Shown: positions 1 to 12,017, counted from the first letter of the stretch. The stretch is DNA of 47,428 nucleotides from Octopus bimaculoides (GCF_001194135.2 NC_068981.1:171482489-171529916); one strand, 5' to 3'. Numbers and translations: made by a program. The notes: generated by a model from the sequence alone, not told the origin.

Positions 1-898
1 ATATATATATATATAGGTGTGTGTGTGTGTGTGTAAAGAAATATGATTCAATGAGTTAGGTACTTAAGTTGAGGCAACCAGTCAGTCCAATATTATCTGC
101 ACAGCTCGAACTTAACTGCACACCAGCTAGAATTTAACTGTCACTTCCCAGTGGTTTTAATTCTTAGTCGAGTTTGTATACTAGCTGCATTAGATCTTTT
201 GACGGTGATAAGGAGATGGATAATAATTGTAGCTATATTACCTTCTCACGAACCCCATTGTTATTCTCTTCAGCCACTCCAAATTATAGTTGGGGTATTT
301 TCTCCCTACATTCATTCTGTCACAACAATAGTAGTATGTAATTCTGTCATTGTCTAGTTTTGACGAAATATTTGCTAAAAATTATAATGGAGTATCCTGT
401 ATGTTGAAAACCCTAACCAATCTGATGTAATGTTCGCATTGTTCGATTAAATGGAGCCACCTGAAACGGCTGTAATGCACTAATACCATGATATCCTTGT
501 TACTTATTTGCTTTTTATGTTTTTATATANNNNNNNNNNNNNNNNNNNNNNNNNNNNNNNNNNNNNNNNNNNNNNNNNNNNNNNNNNNNNNNNNNNNNNN
601 NNNNNNNNNNNNNNNNNNNNNNNNNNNNNNNNNNNNNNNNNNNNNNNNNNNNNNNNNNNNNNNNNNNNNNNNNNNNNNNNNNNNNNNNNNNNNNNNNNNN
701 NNNNNNNNNNNNNNNNNNNNNNNNNNNNNNNNNNNNNNNNNNNNNNNNNNNNNNNNNNNNNNNNNNNNNNNNNNNNNNNNNNNNNNNNNNNNNNNNNNNN
801 NNNNNNNNNNNNNNNNNNNNNNNNNNNNNNNNNNNNNNNNNNNNNNNNNNNNNNNNNNNNNNNNNNNNNNNNNNNNNNNNNNNNNNNNNNNNNNNNNN

Positions 899-1207
899 CT
901 TCGAACAGGGGAGGTCAGCAGTGTCCCCCTGCTGGTTTGGCATCTGCAGACTAGACTAGTTTCAGGGTGTTGCCCCTTGTCAATGCAGAGTAGCCAAGCC
1001 TTAGCCAGGCGGCGCCGCTGACTATCTGCTCGAAGGTTATTTATCTAATTTCAGTGGAATCTATCCACTGGTTTTCAGAAATAGAGTTATTAATATTTCT
1101 AAGTCTCTCTAAAGGAGACTACGGCAGCGGTACTGGAAATTAATAGTTATCGCCAAGCCAACATGGCAGTCCCAAAATTAGGACGAAAGCTGCCGTGAAT
1201 TAGCTCC
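899..1207 (-). mobile_element. Ribozyme-bearing element (retrozyme- or Penelope-like), partly hidden by the gap at 530-898
   Basis: GC-richer non-coding block containing the hammerhead. It ends at a (TA)n tract at 1208 and is preceded across the gap by TTTTATATA at ~521-529, suggesting insertion into a TA microsatellite. The family assignment is inference. Confidence 0.45.
936..997 (-). ncRNA. Type I hammerhead ribozyme fold with U3-A8 core variant
   Basis: Minus strand reads UCUGCA-UUGACAA-GGGG-CAACA-CCCU-GAAA-CUAGUCUAG-UC-UGCAGA. Stem I is UCUGCA(989-984)/UGCAGA(948-943). Core U3 U4 G5 A6 C7 A8 A9 lies at 983-977. Stem II is GGGG/CCCU with loop CAACA, followed by GAAA at 963-960. Stem III is ACUA/UAGU with a GUC loop. 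Cleavage triplet GUC is at 951-949. Stem I extends through an internal loop into UUGGC/GCCAA. Activity is not shown. Confidence 0.8.
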
Positions 1208-1761
1208 ATATATATATATATATATATACATGTATATATAGACACTCACTTATATATACATATATAAATAATTAAATGTATATATATGTATATATATAAT
1301 GTACATATATACCTAGAAACGTCACACACACAAAATGCACATAAATGCACATTCTTGAAAAAGTGATAGATAGAGAGATTACATAATGTTAGATATGAAC
1401 GCATTTTTATGATATTCATGGGAAATAGAAATAAAAATAACATCGGAATACATAGATTAACTTCAGATTAATTAAACATCAAATTAAGCTATTCGTGTTT
1501 TTGCCAAGAAAATACGCGGACGGCATACGTAAAGTCCAATGTATGTATTCATATGCGTGCAAGTATAAATATGTGTGTGTGTGTGTGTGACTCTGTGTGT
1601 GTGCGTATGCTTGTGTGTGTGTGACTCTCTGTGTGTGCGTATGCTTGTGTGTGTGTGACTGTTCGTGTATCTGAGTGTGTGTATAGGCGTATATGCGAAC
1701 AAATATATGTATATATGTAAATTTTGTTTTTGCATGTTGCATTTTCGACGCCTACCTATAT

Positions 1762-1810
<49 letters not shown>

Positions 1811-2643
1811 TCTGTAGGTGGATAAGCATATATAACGTAATTATATATATATATATATATATATGTACATACAATTATGTGTAAAGATGTATTAAAATAA
1901 GAACTTATTTTACTTGCCTATTTTGTTATATATAAAACAAAGTAAAATTGGAAGGTACCGCACGAGTTAAAATATATACAGAAGAGGATTTGAAAATGCA
2001 GAGGTCTTTTAAAGATGTTTATTGACTTCACCAATTTCAATTTTTTTTTAAAATAGATTTTCAGAAGTAAAGTGTAAGGCTTTGTGTAGCCATTGTGGCG
2101 TTAAAAATTAGTTAACATAGATGTATTAAAATACAGTGATAGAGTCTTTGACGATGATAAGAAAATGTTAAGAAATAGAATCTTTGACAATAAGAAAGTG
2201 TTAAGAGAGGCTTTGTTGTTTGAACAGTTTATATAAAAGTGTTCAAAATAGGCAAGTAAAATACGTTCTTATTTTAATACATCTATGTTAACTAATTTTT
2301 AACACTACAAAGGNNNNNNNNNNNNNNNNNNNNNNNNNNNNNNNNNNNNNNNNNNNNNNNNNNNNNNNNNNNNNNNNNNNNNNNNNNNNNNNNNNNNNNN
2401 NNNNNNNNNNNNNNNNNNNNNNNNNNNNNNNNNNNNNNNNNNNNNNNNNNNNNNNNNNNNNNNNNNNNNNNNNNNNNNNNNNNNNNNNNNNNNNNNNNNN
2501 NNNNNNNNNNNNNNNNNNNNNNNNNNNNNNNNNNNNNNNNNNNNNNNNNNTATATATATGGATCTTCGTAAACAAAGCTATCAAAGATAGAATATCTAGG
2601 TAATGTGTGTACATGCATATTTCAAGTTGTGTTTCTCTTTCAT

Positions 2644-2900
2644 CAGCACCACATCCAACCCATCAACTATTAACGATCACATTACTAAAACACCCACCAA
2701 TTTTAACGGTGTGATATATTTAGATAGTCCAATTTATATATCAAACACATTCCTGACAACTTGTACGTGCAAATTAATTGCCCGCTAGGACACGGTATTT
2801 TGTTTTGGACCATAATATGCTATCAGGTATATTACACGTTTACGTTGCTTAAATACCCATTATGTGTTCATGGATAGTTGATGGGTCGGATGTGGTGCTG
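2644..2900. repeat. Inverted repeat / MITE- or foldback-like element
   Basis: CAGCACCACATCCAACCCATCAACTAT (2644-2670) matches the reverse complement of 2874-2900 at 26/27 nt. Weaker symmetry continues inward. Confidence 0.7.
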
Positions 2901-3619
2901 TTGGAAGAGCAATAACTCTTCAAATATGCATATATACATATTAACTTTTTTTTTTTTCTATTTTCGATCGCATTGTCTACATAGACGCGTTCGTTTACGA
3001 AACGTAGTAACTTCCAGTGCTAGATCTGAATTCTACAGAAAATCTATATAGATAATCTTAAATGCGAAAACATAGCAATACTAACAGAAGCTGAGACACA
3101 ATATTGATTTGTAAACCTATCATATACTTGGTTGTATATTATATTTGCAAAACGGAATACTGTGTCCTTGCCAACGATTAATACTCTCACATGAATGCGC
3201 GCATGCACGCACTCTATTATGTTATTCGCAACATAGCTGATCGATATTTGGAGTAAAATTATTATCCACCTGTTTGCATTGCGTTTTCACTTATTTAAAA
3301 TTATTTTATCCGCTTAACATGTTAGTGTCTGTATTTATATAAACTTACATAGAAGCATACACACACACACACACACACATACATACAGACTTATATACAT
3401 GTACGTAAAGTGAAGATACATGCTGTTATGTTGAAATTGTTGAGTACATGATTAATATGTTATGAGTTTGGTTCCCGGGACCAGGCACTAAATTATGTCT
3501 TGGCAAAGGTACTTACTTTTATGTTGCTCCAGTCTTGCTAAAGCAGCTATTTTCCCCTTCAGCTGTCATATCATTGATGATCTGCCCAGGCAAGAGTAGG
3601 AGGACTGACAGTGTGTCTA

Positions 3620-3845
3620 CGGGGGCGGGTGCTGAAAAGTTCCTGGCATTGGGTAAAAGAAAATACAGGAAGATCAGTTCATTATGATTTTATTTAATAT
3701 ATTCCCCTCTCAGATTCACACTTATTACAGCGGCCCTTCAGTTTTTCTAAGCCCTGTAAAAGTACTCGGAAAGTTGGGCCTCCAATCAAGCCTTTCGCAA
3801 TATCTTTAAAGCCAGAAATTTTCAGTATCCTACCCTCCACCTCCG
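3620..3845 (+). mobile_element. Mariner-derived MITE, copy 1
   Basis: TA-flanked. Ends ...GTGCTGAAAAGTTCCTGGC and GCCAGAAATTTTCAGTA.. form degenerate TIRs. The interior matches 22044-22225 and, inverted, 38058-38283. Its minus strand retains a mariner-like C-terminal coding remnant (approx. GLEKLKxRCNKCVNLRGEYxE*). Confidence 0.75.
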
Positions 3846-3928
3846 TATGTCTGCTCACGACTACATAGGAAATTTAAGCAACGGGCTAAAGCACTGAAAC
3901 AAGTTAGCAGATCATACTCACTTTGTGT

Positions 3929-3994
<66 letters not shown>
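3929..3994. repeat. (AGT)n microsatellite
   Basis: About 22 perfect trinucleotide units read directly. Confidence 0.97.
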
Positions 3995-4834
3995 AAGTTG
4001 TTTTCAGATAATCACGTGGTATTAACAGTTAGCTCTCCATTCGAAATCGGCAATCAGTAAACGTAGGAATCAGAGTTGAATCGTAGATGTACCCATAATA
4101 TTCTGGTGATCTGAAGAGTTAGCTTTCTTTATTAGCATGAATTTGTGAATATAAAATTGTATTGTATAATGCTGAACATACATATTGATGTAAACGTGTA
4201 CGTATAATTTTGTATACTGAAATAAATAATACTACATAATAAAGCTTACACGATAGCTCTTATCATATGGAATTCATATCGGAAAAATTAAATCTATATA
4301 TATTCACCTCTCTTACCTCCTGACTTGATGCTTTGTATGTATGCGCGCGCGTATGTGTACGTGTGTGTCTGTGTGTACGTGTGTTTATCTGTTCGTGTAT
4401 GTGCTACTTGGCCCCTCTATAACTTAAATGACTACATATGTGGTCGAGTAAAGCCTTATAAAAATTAGCCGCACTTAATTGCCAGTGATTCAATATTATT
4501 TGCTCAAGTAAGGAGCATTAGTGGGAGGAGATGATGTTACTGCCAGCTTGCAAGTATATCACTCGCTTCGTGTATAAAAATCACAGATAATGTATAAAAG
4601 AGAGATCGGTGGATAATAGTTTAAACTAGCAATTAACAACACAATAATTGCTATGGAAGCCATCAAACTTTGGTTTACTCTTTTTCTGTGTTGCAAGCTA
4701 ATTACGTACAACGAACTCGATATTCTGACAGAAAACAGGTGTCGACAAAATATATTTCCACCTAATTCCAGCACCTTCGACAGAACTTCATACTGTCTGC
4801 GTGTTTTCTCTAAAAACAATAATTTTTTGCTTTA

Positions 4835-5060
4835 ACTTTTACCTTCTACTTGTTTCAGTGACTGGACTGCGACCATGCTGGGGCAGCTTAAAGGGCTTTA
4901 GTCGAATAAATCAACCCTATGCATATTATTTTTGTAAATCCTGGTACTTATTCTATCGGGTTCTTTTGCTGAACTGTTAAGTTTTGGGGACCTAATCAAA
5001 GCGGTTGTCAAGCGGTGATAGGCGATAGTCGCAAATACAAAGGCACTCACTTACACATAT
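4835..5060 (-). mobile_element. SINE family B, 3' portion (diverged)
   Basis: TACTTGTTTCAGT...CTGCGACCATGCTGG...TAGTCGAATAAATCAACCC...TTCTATCGG...AAGCGGTTGTCAAGCG matches the near-complete copy at 41364-41805. Confidence 0.8.
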
Positions 5061-5244
5061 ATGCTTATAAGATACGTAATCAAAAGCATTTCCAGCGAAA
5101 ATATCCTTAGATTATCCAAAGCTACAGCTATCCCGAAACCACATAAAATAATATGTCTGTACTTTTTCTAAGACGATAAGAATAAATCGAACGGACATTA
5201 TTTTGTTAGAGAGACTCCCTTGTTGATATAATGCCTAATAAGTA

Positions 5245-5420
5245 TTTCCACTATAGACACAAGGCCTGGAATTTTGTGAGTAAGAGCTTGTCGATCACAA
5301 CCCCAGCACTCAAATGGGCATTTGAGTCCAGAGTGACATTTGAGCCCAGAACATTACACCGGAAGAAATGACGCTAAGAAATTTGTCCGACGTGCAAACG
5401 GTTCTGCCAGCTCGTCGCCT
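5245..5420 (-). mobile_element. SINE family A (tRNA-derived head), internally deleted
   Basis: Reverse complement begins GGCGACGAGCTGGCAGAACCGTTTGCACG.. and ends ..AAATTCCAGGCCTTGTGTCTATAGTGGAA, as in other family A copies. Confidence 0.8.
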
Positions 5421-5430
5421 TGACACGATA

Positions 5431-5621
5431 GGACAGCCAATTGGGAGAATCGTTAACACGCCGGGCAAAATGCTTACCGGCATTTCATCCGTCTTTACGT
5501 TCTGAGTACAAAATCTGCCGAGGTCGGCTTTGTCTTTCACACCCCAGTTGAGTACTGGTATCAATGTAATCGACTTAACCCCTCACCCCAAATTGCTGGC
5601 CTTGTGCCAAAATTTGAAATC
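5431..5621 (+). mobile_element. SINE family A
   Basis: GAGAATCGTTAACACGCCGGGCAAAATGCTTA..GTTCTGAG..CCGAGGTCGGCTTTG..GCTGGCCTTGTGCCAAAATTTGAAA. Confidence 0.85.
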
Positions 5622-6474
5622 AGTATTTATGTCAGCAAAGGAGATCGGTTGTCATGATGTTCATAAGCTTACGAACGAAATGAGGAGTGTTAACAGAGTG
5701 AAATAGCATTGACTAAATTGAAGAAAGTTGGTCTATACTTGCTGGCAGCTGCTCTAGAAAATTTAAATATTTTTTCCTATTCTTGCTATAAGTCTAAACA
5801 TTTTGATTCTGAGAAATAGTTTATTTAATACAATTACAGTGCGATAAACATATATTAACTATTTAAATGCACTCATACACATTTACTTCGTGTAAACATT
5901 ATTTAGTGTCAAAATTTTTATCGCAACAACTGCGACATGGGCACAAGCTCCGAAAATTATTTAACACCAAATAATAAATGTTTATATGAAATGATTACAT
6001 TTTGCATATTTTTCAATGGCTTTCATGCAATAATAGTTTTAGTTTGAACGTATGATCTCAGATCAAACCACTCGCCAGGCAAGTACATCCCCAAGGTTCA
6101 TTTAATATATTTCAATAAATTAATGCAAATGTGTGCTGTTGCATACCTGGTACTTTCTTTGTAAGGCCTTGCCTTTTGAACAATGGGAATTAAAGTCGTG
6201 CTTATGCTAACTAATAGACACAATTCAATACCACAAGAAATTTAATCAGTAGTATTATCGCTTAAACACATATATATGCATATGGAAAGGTTAAACGAAA
6301 GCGCTCACACACTAGAAAAAAACTTCCCGAAAAGGTTAGTGACATCGTCATAATAGATTTCATAACATTGCTTTTAATTATTTATTTTAAAAAATTAACA
6401 TCACACTTCAAAATTGTAATTCTCATAGACGTTCGTATATGTATAAATATACATACATGATAAAAGAATAAGAA

Positions 6475-6600
6475 ATGCGCCCTTTTAAAGCCTAGCCAGG
6501 CTCATGGGCCCGGTTTCCCGATTTCAATGGCGTATGTGTTCCCCAGCTGGACGGGACGCCAGTCCATCATAGCGTTACTCATTTTTGCAGCTGAGTGGAC
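6475..6600 (-). mobile_element. SINE with V-domain-like segment, 3' part, cut by gap
   Basis: Minus strand reads GTCCACTCAGCTGCAAAAATGAGTAAC..GATGGACTGGCGTCCCGTCCAG. The GATGGACTGGCxTCCCxTCCAGG block resembles the conserved V-SINE domain (recognised from memory). Confidence 0.5.
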
Positions 6601-7198
6601 NNNNNNNNNNNNNNNNNNNNNNNNNNNNNNNNNNNNNNNNNNNNNNNNNNNNNNNNNNNNNNNNNNNNNNNNNNNNNNNNNNNNNNNNNNNNNNNNNNNN
6701 NNNNNNNNNNNNNNNNNNNNNNNNNNNNNNNNNNNNNNNNNNNNNNNNNNNNNNNNNNNNNNNNNNNNNNNNNNNNNNNNNNNNNNNNNNNNNNNNNNNN
6801 NNNNNNNNNNNNNNNNNNNNNNNNNNNNNNNNNNNNNNNNNNNNNNNNNNNNNNNNNNNNNNNNNNNNNNNNNNNNNNNNNNNNNNNNNNNNNNNNNNNN
6901 NNNNNNNNNNNNNNNNNNNNNNNNNNNNNNNNNNNNNNNNNNNNNNNNNNNNNNNNNNNNNNNNNNNNNNNNNNNNNNNNNNNNNNNNNNNNNNNNNNNN
7001 NNNNNNNNNNNNNNNNNNNNNNNNNNNNNNNNNNNNNNNNNNNNNNNNNNNNNNNNNNNNNNNNNNNNNNNNNNNNNNNNNNNNNNNNNNNNNNNNNNNN
7101 AAACAGACAGTGTTGGAACTCTTTTAAGCAAAATAATATATTCCTCTATACACAATCATACAAAAAAAACCACCTTTTTTGTATGTATTTTTACTCGC

Positions 7199-7281
<83 letters not shown>

Positions 7282-8049
7282 AACACACAAGCATATATAT
7301 GATGATCTCATACATACGCAAGATATCCTCAATAGTATTTGAAATCAGAAAGAAAATAGCCGTAACGTACAATGCACGGCATTTTTCGACGCCATTACGA
7401 GTCTTCCAAATCACTATCCTTGGTATATTTCAGAACTACATAAATTATGCTCAAATCACCGTTTAAGCACTTTCATACTGAATGGGAAGAGCGAAATTTC
7501 AATTTTGTCATTCGTATTCTTTTGTTATTCGGTATGTTTTAATTTAACACATGTTGATTTAGTAATTAGAATCTCCCAACCGAATAGAATAGATTATACA
7601 GCCAACAATATTGTTTTCTCTTCGCTGATGGGTGGGTGCTCACACAAAACCTGAGGTTTCATTGTTTGATAAGAGATATATATTTAAACATTTCATATGT
7701 ATCTTTAATTATACTTGAATGTGTATCTTCTATGAACATCTGATCAATATATATGTTCAAACCATTATTGATCTTTCTGTATCTCTGGTAAAGAACAGGA
7801 TATATGTACACACACACTCACATACACATACACACACATACACATACATACACATACATACACACACACGCACGCACACCCACACATACACAACATAAAC
7901 ACAAACACAAACACACACATACACACACGCGCACACACAAACACACTCAAATACACACACATACACACATACACACACACACACACACACAAACACATAT
8001 ATTTGCCTGGAAGTAGTAAGAAACTCTAGACAGGAGTTGAGCAGTAGGT

Positions 8050-8200
8050 CTTCAGAGAAGCCCTCCCCACACCAATCGGCCCTTAACTCTTTACACTCAA
8101 AGGAGGCCGGGCCGCATGCAAGTCTAACTCGTGGATACACCTCTGCGTCCACATTCAACCATTGTAACCCCCTGGAGGGTTAAGGTACCCCAGATTCTTG
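8050..8200 (-). pseudogene. Possible highly decayed LINE endonuclease (APE) N-terminus
   Basis: With frameshifts it gives VDxCIH(E)VRL..GPASFECKE..W(C)G, loosely like VDxCCIQEVRWRG..F..KE...FWCG. The similarity is weak. Confidence 0.3.
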
Positions 8201-8609
8201 GTACCTTTGTGCTATAACCAGTTCGCTGGAAGACACCAGTCGACTGTAGGGTATATAATGCCTTTTGAAATTTCTTTCCATTCCTCATTGATCAGATGAA
8301 AATTGGAACTCAACTGCACCTTCCGTTGCCTTAAGAGATCTGCTTCACTTTCTCCCAGAAACTGAGAGCTGCTTTATGAAGTCAGATACAGATTTTTTCC
8401 ACAAACTCCCTCGCATCTATCTTTATGGCGGAATATCTCTACTTGCACTTCCAAACTGGCTGAGAAACAAACGTGGCTGTCTTCAATTTCGTCCGGTAGT
8501 ATCCAGAGTTTACCACTTTTTCCAACCCCAGTTTGAAACTTATGGTAGGGATACAGTTCTATATTTAAGAGATGAGGAATTATGTACATTATTTACATTA
8601 TATACATTC

Positions 8610-8647
<38 letters not shown>

Positions 8648-11600
8648 NNNNNNNNNNNNNNNNNNNNNNNNNNNNNNNNNNNNNNNNNNNNNNNNNNNNN
8701 NNNNNNNNNNNNNNNNNNNNNNNNNNNNNNNNNNNNNNNNNNNNNNNNNNNNNNNNNNNNNNNNNNNNNNNNNNNNNNNNNNNNNNNNNNNNNNNNNNNN
8801 NNNNNNNNNNNNNNNNNNNNNNNNNNNNNNNNNNNNNNNNNNNNNNNNNNNNNNNNNNNNNNNNNNNNNNNNNNNNNNNNNNNNNNNNNNNNNNNNNNNN
8901 NNNNNNNNNNNNNNNNNNNNNNNNNNNNNNNNNNNNNNNNNNNNNNNNNNNNNNNNNNNNNNNNNNNNNNNNNNNNNNNNNNNNNNNNNNNNNNNNNNNN
9001 NNNNNNNNNNNNNNNNNNNNNNNNNNNNNNNNNNNNNNNNNNNNNNNNNNNNNNNNNNNNNNNNNNNNNNNNNNNNNNNNNNNNNNNNNNNNNNNNNNNN
9101 NNNNNNNNNNNNNNNNNNNNNNNNNNNNNNNNNNNNNNNNNNNNNNNNNNNNNNNNNNNNNNNNNNNNNNNNNNNNNNNNNNNNNNNNNNNNNNNNNNNN
9201 NNNNNNNNNNNNNNNNNNNNNNNNNNNNNNNNNNNNNNNNNNNNNNNNNNNNNNNNNNNNNNNNNNNNNNNNNNNNNNNNNNNNNNNNNNNNNNNNNNNN
9301 NNNNNNNNNNNNNNNNNNNNNNNNNNNNNNNNNNNNNNNNNNNNNNNNNNNNNNNNNNNNNNNNNNNNNNNNNNNNNNNNNNNNNNNNNNNNNNNNNNNN
9401 NNNNNNNNNNNNNNNNNNNNNNNNNNNNNNNNNNNNNNNNNNNNNNNNNNNNNNNNNNNNNNNNNNNNNNNNNNNNNNNNNNNNNNNTGTGTGTTTACCC
9501 TTCGGGAATAGGGAAAAAAAGAAGGAAAAGTATTTTAGGTTTCGAGTGAAACCCTTCGTCTGAAAGAAAAGAATGACAAAGAGAGAAAAACGGAGAAAGG
9601 AAATGGAGAAAAGAACGCACGTATATACAACCGTCACGAAATTCTGAAATATACGGTATTTTAAATTATATTATGCTGTATTATATTATGTTGCAATGTA
9701 TTTTATATACATGAACACATGCATATGTATATATAGGTTTTAACATACGTATAAAGATATGCGTTAATAAATTTAAGAGTTTTTTTTTTTTCCTGACTTA
9801 TAATAAAGCAAATTAAAATATTACCAAAAAAGATTTTTATTTTCCGAAAAATAAGTAGCAATAAGTAGCAATAAAAATACAGTTTATTATAACTCTATGT
9901 TAAATCTTTTACGAAATATATACTTTTTTTTATTTCACTTATCCTTCTTCTTTCAACCATCCTACACGGATTTTTAATTGATGAACAGTATTGCAGAGTT
10001 CAGCTTCAATAAATTCATTTGTTTCAATTATTATTTTTACTTTTTTTTAGGGATTGTGATTTCTGTTTTCTTTTTTTCTTTTGACGGTTTTGCATAACCA
10101 ACATTTTACAAAAGGTCTTGCAGAACTATATTATAGAAACCCTACATTAACTGATATTGATTCGATGCTTGCGTGTCCCAATGGATTTCCAATTTGTTGC
10201 CTTTCTAATGATTCTTTGACAACAACAATTCTATGATCTTCAATTGAAGATCATCCAGCTGAATGGCTTTAATAAAACTTGATCTTTTCTTTTGTTTGTG
10301 TATGCATGCGTATGTGTGCGTATGTGTGTTGTGAATGTGTGTACTTGATTATTTTCTGTAAAATATTCTATCGAATGCGTCATGGCACTTAAACTGAAGG
10401 AGCTGTTATGGGTCTATTTATAAACTTGCACATTAGGGGCTATCTCACTCTCATCATAACAATACAGAATCTCAGCAATCGAAAGACTTGTTTCCAAACT
10501 TATAATAACGTTCAAGAAAACAATACAAGCATGTATAGGTTCATACATATGTATGTATGCATGTATGTATGTATGTTCGTATGTATGTATGTGTGCATGT
10601 ATGTGTGCATGTATGTGTGCATGTATGTATGTCAATATTCAGTTTAATTCAAGATTTCTTGCCAATAGAAAAAGAACCGGTTTCTAATTTAGATCCAAGA
10701 CTCCTTGATTGGAATTTTAACATCAACAACAGGGTATTTTTGTTTGTTTGTATGTATGTATGTATGTACTATGTAAGTATGTGCAGATTTGCATGTTTTA
10801 TGTATATATTCTCATGCATATAGTTGCATATCTAGACATGCTCATATATATTTAAAAGATAAACGTCTGGAATGTTTTACAGATTTTAACAGTTCCAGTG
10901 ATGGATTGGATCTGTAATCTTCGAATTAGCTTTCTCCTTTCTGGTTTTGAGAAGCTGAATTATTTTCTTCACTGTTGTAAATCTAGGATGTGTTTTCTGC
11001 TTTTTCATCATTCCCTCAGTACCCTGCCTCTTGTTATTTTTAGAGCATTTTCACTTCTTCCTCTTTTATTGGTTCCATATCAGTGTAATGTAGGAACTTG
11101 GTTTTGCTGCACTGAGTCATATTGTTTTCGTAAGGGTAGGATTTCATATGCCAGGTTTTTATTTCAGTTACTATACATAGTTTCTTTTCTGTGTCACAGA
11201 TATTTATATCTGATCTCTTACGCATATGCTTTATTGAAGTCTCCTTAGGAGCATTCCACCAGTATTCTTTCATGAAATGTGTGATCAGGTCCTCCACATC
11301 ACAGTGGTTTCTGAAATTTGTATCTTCGTGATTATACATTCTACAGCTCTCGTTATAATATGTTTCTGGTATAATGTATTTATGTATGTATAAATGTACG
11401 TACATACCTATATACGTATGTATGAATACATGTATATATGTATTAGTATAACAACACCTATAGAGATTTTCCAATTGAAGATAGAATTCTATAATTAATT
11501 CTCGTTGTTTTGAACAAGTGCAAGAACGGAATAATCGCAGAAATATCATGCTAATGTCAGAATGACATCTTTGGTGGAACAATTTCACAAAAGATACCTC

Positions 11601-11963
11601 GAAACTTTGCAATTTGTTCTGCTTCCGATTTGTGAATACAACTTCTTTCAAGACGAACAATTCATACGCTAATAATTTTATACATTAATATGTAAAGAAA
11701 GTATACCTCTGGAGAATCTACTGTATTTTTGTTATATTTTATATTATTTTCATACGTGGATTTTGTCTATAATCGATTTGAACATAACGGTAATTTCAGA
11801 GAAGCGATCAGAAGAAAGGATTCTCATTGTTGTCGTTGCTACAGCAGCTTCTGTGTATATATATAATTTCATACATGTATGTAAGCATGTAGCACGTGTG
11901 TGCGCGAGCGTGTGGTTTGTGTATGCGTCTATGTGTATATGTATGGAAGTATGTACGTGTGTG

Positions 11964-12017
<54 letters not shown>

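Noticed and set aside
1153-1196. Stem-loop ATGGCAG-TCC..GGAC-GAAA-GCTGCCGT resembling hammerhead stem II plus GAAA
   Set aside because: There is no CUGANGA-like core and no NUH site; a simple bulged hairpin explains it.
4653-4835. Short ORF MEAIKLWFTLFLCCK.. with upstream TATAAAA motifs, signal-peptide-like
   Set aside because: Only 60 aa, weak splice donor, no recognisable homology; such motifs are common in AT-rich DNA.
10643-10733. AG/GT-bounded open frame LIQDFLPIEKEPVSNLDPRLLDWNFNINNR
   Set aside because: No polypyrimidine tract, it sits between microsatellites, and no partner exons or homology were recognised.
11040-11660. 206-aa minus-strand ORF ending EPIKEEEVKML
   Set aside because: It crosses a TATG-rich low-complexity tract. 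The faint resemblance to a LINE RT N-terminus is too weak to call.
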